Shown here in pieces: positions 37,730-45,182 of a stretch of DNA of 48,193 bases. Within the stretch, counting starts at the first letter, position 1. Each line of letters starts with the position of its first letter. The position numbers and the translations under genes are program-made. The notes under the pieces are model-generated. The model searched no databases and was not told the DNA's origin. It saw nothing but the letters and a program-made list of their open reading frames with translations. The DNA lies in contig CBIHLX010000001.1 of the NCBI GenBank assembly GCA_966210935.1, positions 1 through 48,193 on the forward strand, written 5' to 3'. Source of the DNA: an uncultured bacterium (GTDB lineage: Bacteria > Patescibacteriota > Saccharimonadia > Saccharimonadales > Saccharimonadaceae).

Positions 37730-38105
37730 CATCACTGGTGAGTATGTGTCAGAGGTGACCACAATACACCCCGGACCCCTCGTCAAGTATGGGATCGTTA
37801 AAAATCAGGCTATAACTTACCGTACTAGCCTGCAAGTGTAGCCATAAAGGCACGATTCCTACCCCTTATCTTGCCTTTCTGGCTGCACCTGCAGCCATTT
37901 GTCATATCCGCTCTGCGAGTGTTGAAATGACAAATGAAGTATGTGAAGTATGAAACTAGTCTTATCTCCTTTCGGGAGCAGCACGTCAGCCCACTACATG
38001 TAGGCTGACGCGCTGTTCCCGATCCGCGGGACAGCTGGGGGACATCCCTGAATGTAAATTCGGGGGATTCGCCCCCACTATTCCCTGCGGGGAGAGGAGA
38101 AAGAA
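37730..38105 (+). ncRNA. Long, highly structured 5' leader (candidate cis-regulatory RNA of unknown class)
   Basis: About 375 nt between the candidate promoter and ATG 38106, with no plus-strand ORF of 60 aa or more. Several hand-found hairpins: 37889..37933 (TTTGTCAT/ATGACAAA), 37984..38010 (CGTCAGCC/GGCTGACG), 38012..38035, and GGGGG/CCCCC at 38062..38076. Competing G- and C-runs lie next to the SD. Confidence 0.35.
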
Positions 38106-38549
38106 ATGCGTATCGCTCGTTTTGCACTCGCCACCCTGGCTTTCTGCGTTTTCGCCACGTTTTTTGTTGCCGTCGGTAACAACGTCGGCGTGAACGGCGC
38201 CTTTGACTGGGGCACCTTCGGAGGCTCCTTCTTTGGTATCTTCGGAGGCGTCGGCTCCTTCATTGCACTGCTTGGTGTTGTGGTCGTTCTGGCCATGGCC
38301 TTCTTTGCAATCTATCGGCTGGCGCTGATGAACCGCAACGGTGCAGCTGCAGGCGTTGGCCTGCTCTTCATCATCCTTGCTGCGATCATCGGAGTAAACT
38401 GGGTCAACTGGAGCTTCCTCGAAGGAGCTTGGATGATCCTGATCTACCTCCTGGTTGCAGCAGTTGCGACCTTCCTCATCGGAGCGATTTTGGGCTCCAT
38501 ACCGCTTCGGCGGCGCACGTCCACCATTCGCTCCACTACAACCGTCTAA
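38106..38549 (+). CDS. Hypothetical Gly/Ala/Phe-rich integral membrane protein (about 4 TM, 147 aa)
   Basis: ATG preceded by GGAGAGGAGAAAG. Four hydrophobic segments. High G+C with GC-rich third positions. Confidence 0.7.
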   Translation: MRIARFALATLAFCVFATFFVAVGNNVGVNGAFDWGTFGGSFFGIFGGVGSFIALLGVVVVLAMAFFAIYRLALMNRNGAAAGVGLLFIILAAIIGVNWVNWSFLEGAWMILIYLLVAAVATFLIGAILGSIPLRRRTSTIRSTTTV

Positions 38550-38567
38550 CGAAAGGGGGTGCGCAAC

Positions 38568-40148
38568 ATGCGCGCTGTCAAGAAAGTACTCGGTACTTCC
38601 CTGATCGCCGCAGCCCTCCTTTTGAGCGGCTGTGGCACACCAGAAAACAAGTCCGAAGTTCGCAACCTGTCCGACCCTGCTGTGATTGCAGCATACTGCA
38701 AAGACACCGTTAAAACGGCGTCCGACACAGTCGCCAAGGCAGCCGACGCCAAGGAAGGTACTGGCAATCGAAACGCTGTAAAGGCATGGGGTCTTGACCC
38801 TAATAACCTTGAGCAGCTCAAGAAAGTCAGTGCCGACCTGCACGCTCGTACGCAAGTCGAGTGTGGTCCGGACGGCAAGCCGCTCAGCCTCAGCGCTGAT
38901 CAGCTGTTCGCCACCGAAGTCTGCCTGCCGGAGAATGAGCGCAAAGCTCTGAAACCGGAAGGTGCCGCAACGACCGATCACCTCAAGGCCAAGTGCCGCG
39001 ACGTCGGTCAGGCAACCTTCGACAGCCTGTCGGCCGCTCACAAGCAGCAGCCGACAACCCAGGCGTATCAGAAGGACCTGGCAAGCGATGACCTTCGCAA
39101 GGTGGCTTTTGCGGCCGCCTACATGAAGACGACCAAGCAGAGCCAGGACAACAATGTCCCACCGAGCGACACCGAGGACCAGGCGAACGCCATCCGGGCT
39201 ATGTTCCCAGGCGTAACCGCCGAAGACCTCGGCATTGGCTCAGCGGCCATTGACCACGGTAATCACACTATCGAAAAAGGCGGCGGCGTCTTCCTGGATG
39301 CCGCCGACCGCTACCTCAAGACGAAGGAGGAAATCGCCGCCTTCCTGGGAGAGTCTAACAATCCCAAGGCAGTAGTGGCTCGTGACCACATCCTCAACGC
39401 AGCTATTACAGCTGGCGGCGAGGATGAGCGTGTGCGCGTCATGACTGGAGAAGGTTTCATCCCAATCCAGCTCAAGGGTGCAAGCCAGATCCTTGGTACG
39501 TCCTACTTTCAGGACGGCCAGGTAAAGATCGTCGATCAGTGGCGTCAGTCACTGCCCGGCGACATCTACTGGCTGTACTTTACCTACGACGAGGTTGACG
39601 GAAAAGTTGCACGCAAGCTTGTGCCCGAAGCAACCCTTCGGGCCGACTGCGCCAATGTCAACGGTACGCAAATCCGTATCGTCCGACCCGACACCCCGCC
39701 AGCACCCAGCGTGACGCAGCCTCCGGGCGAAGAAACGTGCCCTCCGGGCACGGTCATGCAGCCAAACGGCGAATGCAAACCGCCCATCGGCAACCCTGTC
39801 TGCACCGAAAACTGCACTCCGCTGCAGCCGAAGGACTACACCCAAGGCTCTGGCTACCAGGGCAAGGCACCAACCGGAAGCGGCCTCAACGCTGATCCAG
39901 GTCCGGGCGAGTATAAAGCGCCCAGCCAGATGGAACAGCCGCCGTCAACACCGTATGTCGCCCCCGCTGCGCCAGCGCCTCAACCGGCGCCGGTACAGCA
40001 GCAAGACGGCACAGTGATTCCGGCCCCCAACCCCAACCCGACGCCATTTACACCGGCACCGGAGGAACCGGGAGTCAATCCGGCACCCGTTCCGGGGTCA
40101 ACCGAACCGCCTCGTAACGAAGGTGAGATCGACAACCCCTGGGGCTAA
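38568..40148 (+). CDS. Hypothetical lipoprotein (526 aa) with a Cys-rich module and a Pro-rich C-terminal tail
   Basis: MRAVKKVLGTSLIAAALLLSGCGTPE gives a signal peptide plus lipobox LSGC. Start chosen at ATG 38568, with GGGGG 8 nt upstream; the ORF track starts at GTG 38559. The C-terminus has CPPGTVMQPNGECKPPIGNPVCTENC followed by PAPQPAPV.../PNPNPTP repeats. No family recognised. Confidence 0.75.
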   Translation: MRAVKKVLGTSLIAAALLLSGCGTPENKSEVRNLSDPAVIAAYCKDTVKTASDTVAKAADAKEGTGNRNAVKAWGLDPNNLEQLKKVSADLHARTQVECGPDGKPLSLSADQLFATEVCLPENERKALKPEGAATTDHLKAKCRDVGQATFDSLSAAHKQQPTTQAYQKDLASDDLRKVAFAAAYMKTTKQSQDNNVPPSDTEDQANAIRAMFPGVTAEDLGIGSAAIDHGNHTIEKGGGVFLDAADRYLKTKEEIAAFLGESNNPKAVVARDHILNAAITAGGEDERVRVMTGEGFIPIQLKGASQILGTSYFQDGQVKIVDQWRQSLPGDIYWLYFTYDEVDGKVARKLVPEATLRADCANVNGTQIRIVRPDTPPAPSVTQPPGEETCPPGTVMQPNGECKPPIGNPVCTENCTPLQPKDYTQGSGYQGKAPTGSGLNADPGPGEYKAPSQMEQPPSTPYVAPAAPAPQPAPVQQQDGTVIPAPNPNPTPFTPAPEEPGVNPAPVPGSTEPPRNEGEIDNPWG

Positions 40149-40157
40149 GCATTACAC

Positions 40158-40189
40158 GCTGGGTGGTGGCCAATCGGTCGCCACCCAGC
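40158..40189 (+). terminator. GC-rich hairpin immediately after the lipoprotein gene, no U-tract
   Basis: GCTGGGTGGTGGCC / loop AATC / GGTCGCCACCCAGC. 14 pairs including 2 G-U. Starts 10 nt after the stop. Confidence 0.5.
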
Positions 40190-40363
40190 ACCACCCTTCA
40201 TACTTCACTACTACTCGAGGAGACCCATTCCCAAGTAAATACCCATTCACTTGAAGTTGGTGTCTCCTCGAGACACCCCTACCTACTACCGTATGTTATA
40301 GTCTGATTTTCCCTGTAAGATGCATTTTAACAAGACGGCTTGCAAAGTAAATAAGCATAAGCA

Positions 40364-40392
40364 TTGACATTTTGTTAAATATAATATATAAT
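40364..40392 (+). promoter_or_regulatory. Consensus sigma70-type promoter for the LPXTG protein gene
   Basis: TTGACA (40364..40369), 17-nt spacer, TATAAT (40387..40392), in an AT-rich tract. Confidence 0.6.
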
Positions 40393-40448
40393 ATAGTAAA
40401 TTATTTATTTGATTCGCCTGAGAGCCGGATCAAGTGAGAGGAGTTCAT

Positions 40449-41891
40449 ATGCGTACACTATTAAACGCACTGCGTTACGCTCCTAAGCGTGCAAGTGCAC
40501 TGGTAGCAATGATCGCTGCCGCAGTTATCGTTCCTGCAGTCCTATTCGCATGGGGCCCGGAGCGTCAAACCTACACTGTTGAAAAGCCAGCAGACCACGT
40601 TACCTTCAACTCAATCACCAACAACCCAAGTATTGGTGACGAGCGTAACTTCGTCGGCATCCGCGAAGCAGGCACAAACAACCTATGGACAGACAACATG
40701 GCTGTTCAAAACGGCAAAGAATACACCGTACGTATGTACGTACACAACAACGCGGCAGAAAACCTGAACCTCGTTGCTGAAAACGTTACAGCTAAGTTCA
40801 ACCTGCCGACTAACACTGCTAAGTCAATCCAGGTTAACGGCTTCTTGAGCGCAAGCAATGCGACTCCACGTGAAGTCTACGACCATGCGACATTCAACAG
40901 CACCCAAGATTTCAACCTCGCCTACCAGTCAGGTAGCCTGAAGTTCGAAAACAACGTCTTTGGTCCTAACGGTATCGCTCTTCCTGAAAGCATCTTCACT
41001 AGCACCGGCGCAAAGCTCGGCTACGATAAGCTCGACGGTAAGATTCCTGGCTGTTTCAAGTATGACGGCTACGTGACTTTCAAGGTTAAGGCACAGGTTG
41101 CCGAAACTGCTAACTTCACTGTCGACAAGCAAGTTCGCAAAGCTGGTGCTACCGGCTGGAACAAGTCAATCGACGCCAAAGCTGGCGACAAGCTTGAGTA
41201 CCTCGTTACCTACAAGAACGTTGGTCAAGCTCCACAAGACGGTGTAACTATGAAGGACACCCTTCCTGCGGGCATCACCTACAACCCTGGCACCACTCAC
41301 GTTGCCAATACAACAAATCCAAACGGCCTAAAGGTTAGCGACAACATCGTTGCTGCAAGTGGCCTAAACATCGGTAACTACGCGGCTGGCGCAAATGCTT
41401 ACGTCAAGTTTGAAGCAACCGTTGCTGCAAACGACAAGCTTCCAACCTGTGGTGCAAATACACTGACCAACAAGGTGCGTGCCGAAACTCAGTACGGCTG
41501 GAAAGAAAGCACTGCTGACGTTAAGGTTAACAAGACTTGTGTCGAAAAGCCAAAAGAAATCCAAGTGTGTGAACTTACTACTAAGAAGATCATCACTATC
41601 AAGGAAGCTGACTTCAACAGCAGCAAGCACTCAAAGAACTTCAACGACTGTAAAGTACCTGGTAAGATCACTGTTTGTGAACTCGCTACCAAGAAGGTAA
41701 TTCAGATCGACGAGAACAAGTTCGACAGCAGCAAGCACTCAAAGAACATGAAGGACTGTGAAACTACTCCTGTAGTTCCAACTGAACTTCCACAAACCGG
41801 TCCTGCTGAAACAATCCTCAGCATCTTCGGCCTCGGTTCACTGATTGCCGCTACTAGCTACTACGTTGCAAGCCGCCGCGCTCTCAACTAA
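40449..41891 (+). CDS. LPXTG-anchored cell-surface protein (sortase substrate) with a DUF11/CARDB-like domain and two Cys-containing repeats
   Basis: ATG 40449 with GAGAGGAG upstream. N-terminal signal/TM (ASALVAMIAAAVIVPAVLFAW). KAGDKLEYLVTYKNVGQAPQDGVTMKDTLPAGITY is DUF11-like. C-terminal sorting signal LPQTG + PAETILSIFGLGSLIAATSYYVA + SRRALN. Confidence 0.85.
   Translation: MRTLLNALRYAPKRASALVAMIAAAVIVPAVLFAWGPERQTYTVEKPADHVTFNSITNNPSIGDERNFVGIREAGTNNLWTDNMAVQNGKEYTVRMYVHNNAAENLNLVAENVTAKFNLPTNTAKSIQVNGFLSASNATPREVYDHATFNSTQDFNLAYQSGSLKFENNVFGPNGIALPESIFTSTGAKLGYDKLDGKIPGCFKYDGYVTFKVKAQVAETANFTVDKQVRKAGATGWNKSIDAKAGDKLEYLVTYKNVGQAPQDGVTMKDTLPAGITYNPGTTHVANTTNPNGLKVSDNIVAASGLNIGNYAAGANAYVKFEATVAANDKLPTCGANTLTNKVRAETQYGWKESTADVKVNKTCVEKPKEIQVCELTTKKIITIKEADFNSSKHSKNFNDCKVPGKITVCELATKKVIQIDENKFDSSKHSKNMKDCETTPVVPTELPQTGPAETILSIFGLGSLIAATSYYVASRRALN
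41559..41774 (+). repeat. Imperfect tandem duplication (2 x 108 nt = 2 x 36 aa) inside the LPXTG gene
   Basis: IQVCELTTKKIITIKEADFNSSKHSKNFNDCKVPGK versus ITVCELATKKVIQIDENKFDSSKHSKNMKDCETTPV. Each unit carries two Cys. Confidence 0.7.
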
Positions 41892-41936
41892 TCTGAGACT
41901 GACCGCTCATCTTATCTGACGCGTAAGCCTCAGCCA

Positions 41937-41967
41937 AACCACCCCTGTATTTCAGGGGTGGTTTTTT
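41937..41967 (+). terminator. Rho-independent terminator of the LPXTG gene
   Basis: AACCACCCCTG / loop TATTT / CAGGGGTGGTT (11-bp perfect stem), followed by TTTT. Confidence 0.8.
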
Positions 41968-41983
41968 GTATACTAGAAGTATT

Positions 41984-42208
41984 ATGGTAAAGCAGAAGAA
42001 AAAGCGGACCAAGAAGTATAGTGGCGCCGACGCAGCCACGGCCCGTCCAAGCGTCACTCGGGTCAAAGCCGTTAAACGAACGAAGCTTCACGAATGGTGG
42101 CTTGATCGCCGTCGAGTCCTTAAGCCAACTCTTATTACAGGCGGTGTAGTCGCCGCAATTGTCTGGCTAGTTATTGAGCTCGTCCGCATCGCTAGCGGGA
42201 GCCTCTAA
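41984..42208 (+). CDS. Small basic protein with a C-terminal TM helix (74 aa), hypothetical
   Basis: MVKQKKKRTKKYSG... then ITGGVVAAIVWLVIELV. Weak SD. The 3' end overlaps the convergent kinase gene by 42 nt. Confidence 0.4.
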   Translation: MVKQKKKRTKKYSGADAATARPSVTRVKAVKRTKLHEWWLDRRRVLKPTLITGGVVAAIVWLVIELVRIASGSL

Positions 42209-44353
42209 AAGTTTCTTAATTGGCAAGCGGAAGCCAAAGACGCTCCCCTCGCCCTCAGTTGACGAAAACACCATCGTCCCGCCATGTGCCGTAATAACGC
42301 GCTTTGCAAGGTAAAGGCCTACGCCAGTGCCATCTGGACGCTGCTTGCGTGCATTAGTTGCGCGGAAAAACTTACCGAAGAGGCGTGCTTGCTCCGCCTC
42401 GGGTACGCCAATGCCCGTATCGTGAACTTCCAGCAGCACTTCACCTGCTTCCACGGAAAGCTTCACGGTTATTGCCGTATGCTCACGCGAATAGTAGATC
42501 GCATTATCAAGGAAATTCATAATCACCTGACGCACCTTGCCCTCGTCAATATAAAGCACCGGCATACGAGAGGGGGCACGATATTTGATCTTCAAATTGC
42601 GCGACTTTGCCGTCGACTCCAGTGAATCAACCTCCTGGCCAACGATTTTCGCGAGATCAATCGGTCGGGCATCGAGCATAAACTTACCGGTCTGTAGACG
42701 AGAGACGTTCAGGAAATCGTTGATCAAATGCACCATTCGCTCACTACTAGCAAACGCTTCACTAAGTAGTTTTTGCTGCATTGGCGTAATTTCACCAGCA
42801 TCGCCCTCAAGCACCATGCTGATATACCCTTTCACACTTGTTAGTGGCGTACGCAGCTGATGGGACGCCATACTAACAAACTCATCTTTGGCTTGATCCA
42901 GTTTTTGGAGTTTCATATTAGAGGTGCGTAGCTCCTTCGTAGCGTCTTCAATTCGCTGCTGGAGAGTCTCGTTTAATTCTCTCACCTCCTGAATCGAAAG
43001 TGCGTTTTGGATGGCGATAGTCAACTCGTCTGCTAATGTCATGAGCATACGGAGGTCGCGACGCACATACACACCGCTACGACGCTCACCAAGAAGCAAG
43101 TAGCCAAGAAGTCGGTTGGCTTGGCGCAGAGGCAATACAAGTGCAATACGATGGCTATCCAAGAACTTCTGCAGCATTTTGTCCTCGACAGCCTCAGTAA
43201 GTACTACCGGCTCCTCGCGGCCCGCCAGATACTCCGCAATCATGGCACCATCGCGTGGTACAAATTTGCTATGATGCGCCGTGCCCGCAGATATGTACCG
43301 TTCACCACCTTGGTATGTTACATAGAAAAAGCTCTGCTCAGCATTAAGCGTGACGCCGATCGTTTCTGCAGCACGTCGCAACAGCAGACGCATGTCTGTC
43401 GTCGTACTTAGTTCGCGATTGAGCCGGGCAAAGAAGTCGTCACTCTTATAGATACCGTGATAAAACAAACGGCGCGTGACGTGATTAAAGAAATAGCGCG
43501 CCGGCTGAAAGACGAGTGCCAGGATTACGGCAATTGCCACATTAGCCGCCACATCTACTGCACTGCCGGTTGTTACGTTGAAAAAGCGAGACAACAGAAA
43601 CGCCAGACCAAAATATACTCCAACGAGACTTACAAAAACAAATGAATACGCAATCGTTCTCACTACCGCAAGCCGCACGTCAAGCAAGTGGTGTCGTGCA
43701 ACAACGTACACAAGCGTCAACGTCCAGATAAGTAGCGCTATCCATGAGTAGCGCGCCGGCTCGACCGTACCGAGGGCATTCGTCAGGATAATGTTCGTCA
43801 TCATGCCAGCTACCACACCACCGAGTAAACCGCTAGCGAGCACACCGAAGCGTCGCTTCACATACTTATGCCGAGCACGGTTGTAGGCCGTCAGCGCAAG
43901 CGCCGTACTATACACAATAAGCAATAGAATGTAGGCCAAAATCACAAAATAAAATACCTCGCGCTGCGGCACGACGATATTTCCACCGTCATACACACCC
44001 GAAAACGTCAGTGGCGTCAGCGTCAGTCCCACACCTGCCACTAGCGCCGCTGTAAGAGCACGCATGCCCGTACGAGGAATTGCGATTTTTGTGGCACTTG
44101 ATACAAAACCAAGCATTGCATACAGCATCAGTAGTGATGCAATAAAGGTAATGCGAATAATCCAAAGGTTATATGTATCCGACAGTTCTGGGTTTTGAAG
44201 GTTAACAATCAAAATCCACGCAGTCGCAAATACCAGCAGTGCGGCCAGCCAGCGACGCATAGCTTCGCGAGGTGCCCGGATCACCACGCTTGCGGCTACA
44301 GCCAGTGCAATTAAACTACTGACAATTACCGCCCCACCTAAGAAAATGTTCAT
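42167..44353 (-). CDS. Sensor histidine kinase: multi-TM (about 7-8 helices) N-domain + GAF-like domain + HisKA + HATPase_c
   Basis: 728 aa. H-box FVSMASHQLRTPLT, N-box MNFLDNAIYYS, G1 DTGIGV, G2 GTGVGLYL. GAF-like segment LVLPLRQANRLLGYLLLGER. Confidence 0.9.
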   Translation of the reverse strand: MNIFLGGAVIVSSLIALAVAASVVIRAPREAMRRWLAALLVFATAWILIVNLQNPELSDTYNLWIIRITFIASLLMLYAMLGFVSSATKIAIPRTGMRALTAALVAGVGLTLTPLTFSGVYDGGNIVVPQREVFYFVILAYILLLIVYSTALALTAYNRARHKYVKRRFGVLASGLLGGVVAGMMTNIILTNALGTVEPARYSWIALLIWTLTLVYVVARHHLLDVRLAVVRTIAYSFVFVSLVGVYFGLAFLLSRFFNVTTGSAVDVAANVAIAVILALVFQPARYFFNHVTRRLFYHGIYKSDDFFARLNRELSTTTDMRLLLRRAAETIGVTLNAEQSFFYVTYQGGERYISAGTAHHSKFVPRDGAMIAEYLAGREEPVVLTEAVEDKMLQKFLDSHRIALVLPLRQANRLLGYLLLGERRSGVYVRRDLRMLMTLADELTIAIQNALSIQEVRELNETLQQRIEDATKELRTSNMKLQKLDQAKDEFVSMASHQLRTPLTSVKGYISMVLEGDAGEITPMQQKLLSEAFASSERMVHLINDFLNVSRLQTGKFMLDARPIDLAKIVGQEVDSLESTAKSRNLKIKYRAPSRMPVLYIDEGKVRQVIMNFLDNAIYYSREHTAITVKLSVEAGEVLLEVHDTGIGVPEAEQARLFGKFFRATNARKQRPDGTGVGLYLAKRVITAHGGTMVFSSTEGEGSVFGFRLPIKKLLEAPASDADELNN

Positions 44354-44374
44354 GCTTTTAAGTATGCCTGACTC

Positions 44375-45133
44375 TTAAAATTTTGCAATCCTGATTGGAG
44401 TATCGGGCGCTGACCGAAAATAGCCGCGAACAAATAGACTCACCGCCCGCTCGCCTAGTGAACTTACGCGCCGTTTCTCCGCCCTCTCTCGACTAAAAGT
44501 CGCGGGGACATCGATCTTATAGGGGCGCTGCACTCCTTTGTACCCCGGAAAGTTCATATCCTCATCGCTCAAAGGTTGAAATGCCCATTCAAAAATACGC
44601 GCATAGAACTTTTCGGCCATTACAGGATCAAGACCACAGACGACATATTGCACATCCTGCTGGTGCGCATAGTGAAACAACTCTCGCATTACCTTGAGCG
44701 TCGCCAAGGTCGGCACGCCCGGCTGCTTAACAAAGCCACCAACTTCAGCCACACGCCCGGGCGCCAGCGCGCGTAGCGCATCAGCCTCTCCCTCCGCAAG
44801 GCGATCGAGCGGCAAGAGGAGGTCGTCGACTGAGCTCTCCGGCCACCATATCATACGAGTCGTTGCCACCATCTCGCCCGCTTGATCATAGACACCAAAA
44901 TACCGGCTCTTGTCGGCATATGCATCTGTCGCCAAAGTTCCGTCAGGAGCAATTTGCTCCGGCGCGATCTTACCTAGATCCAAATACCTTTCGGCAACCA
45001 TTTGGCGTGCCCGCAGGATCTCCTCAGGAAAATCATCTAAAGAAACAGCCGTATAGTGCGGCTGCATCCCCTCAATACTCTCGCGTACCCATTCGGCACC
45101 GATGTCAGTAAATAACCTTGTTTCTTTTGACAT
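44375..45133 (-). CDS. Putative GNAT-fold N-acyltransferase of the FeeM/OlsB/LuxI-like type (N-acyl amino acid or acyl-signal synthase-like)
   Basis: 252 aa. The pattern RARQMVAERYLDLG...DGTLATDAYADKSRYFGVYDQAGEMVATTRMIW ... AEVGGFV ... matches, by eye, the R..vf...lgW...dG.E.D.yD...yl.v....g.vvGt.RL ... E.sRf layout of autoinducer-synthase/Acetyltransf_5 proteins. Not verified by HMM. It lies 21 nt upstream of the kinase gene. Confidence 0.5.
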   Translation of the reverse strand: MSKETRLFTDIGAEWVRESIEGMQPHYTAVSLDDFPEEILRARQMVAERYLDLGKIAPEQIAPDGTLATDAYADKSRYFGVYDQAGEMVATTRMIWWPESSVDDLLLPLDRLAEGEADALRALAPGRVAEVGGFVKQPGVPTLATLKVMRELFHYAHQQDVQYVVCGLDPVMAEKFYARIFEWAFQPLSDEDMNFPGYKGVQRPYKIDVPATFSRERAEKRRVSSLGERAVSLFVRGYFRSAPDTPIRIAKF

Positions 45134-45182
45134 GTTGATCTGAATTGTTCTGTATTGCGTTTCACTGTATCATAGAATCAAT

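Noticed and set aside
37986-39041. 351-aa minus-strand ORF, plus 38078..38296 and 38546..38878, antisense to the membrane-protein and lipoprotein genes.
   Set aside because: These lie in the high-G+C patch, where stop codons are rare in all frames. The products are low-complexity, Gly/Arg/Cys-rich sequences. The plus-strand genes have SDs, a lipobox and TM helices, so they are the credible frames.
36774-40448. A classical integrative element (genomic island or prophage remnant) with att direct repeats at tRNA-Glu.
   Set aside because: There is no integrase or recombinase ORF. I found no copy of the tRNA 3' end (GGAGTTCGATTCTCCGTGAGATCACCA) or any other clear direct repeat at the right-hand boundary. 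It is kept only as a compositionally atypical patch.
41559-41774. The tandem repeat considered as a possible CRISPR-like or minisatellite array.
   Set aside because: There are only two diverged 108-nt units, in frame inside a coding sequence. This is a protein-domain duplication, not a spacer-repeat array. No CRISPR-like repeats were seen anywhere in the window.
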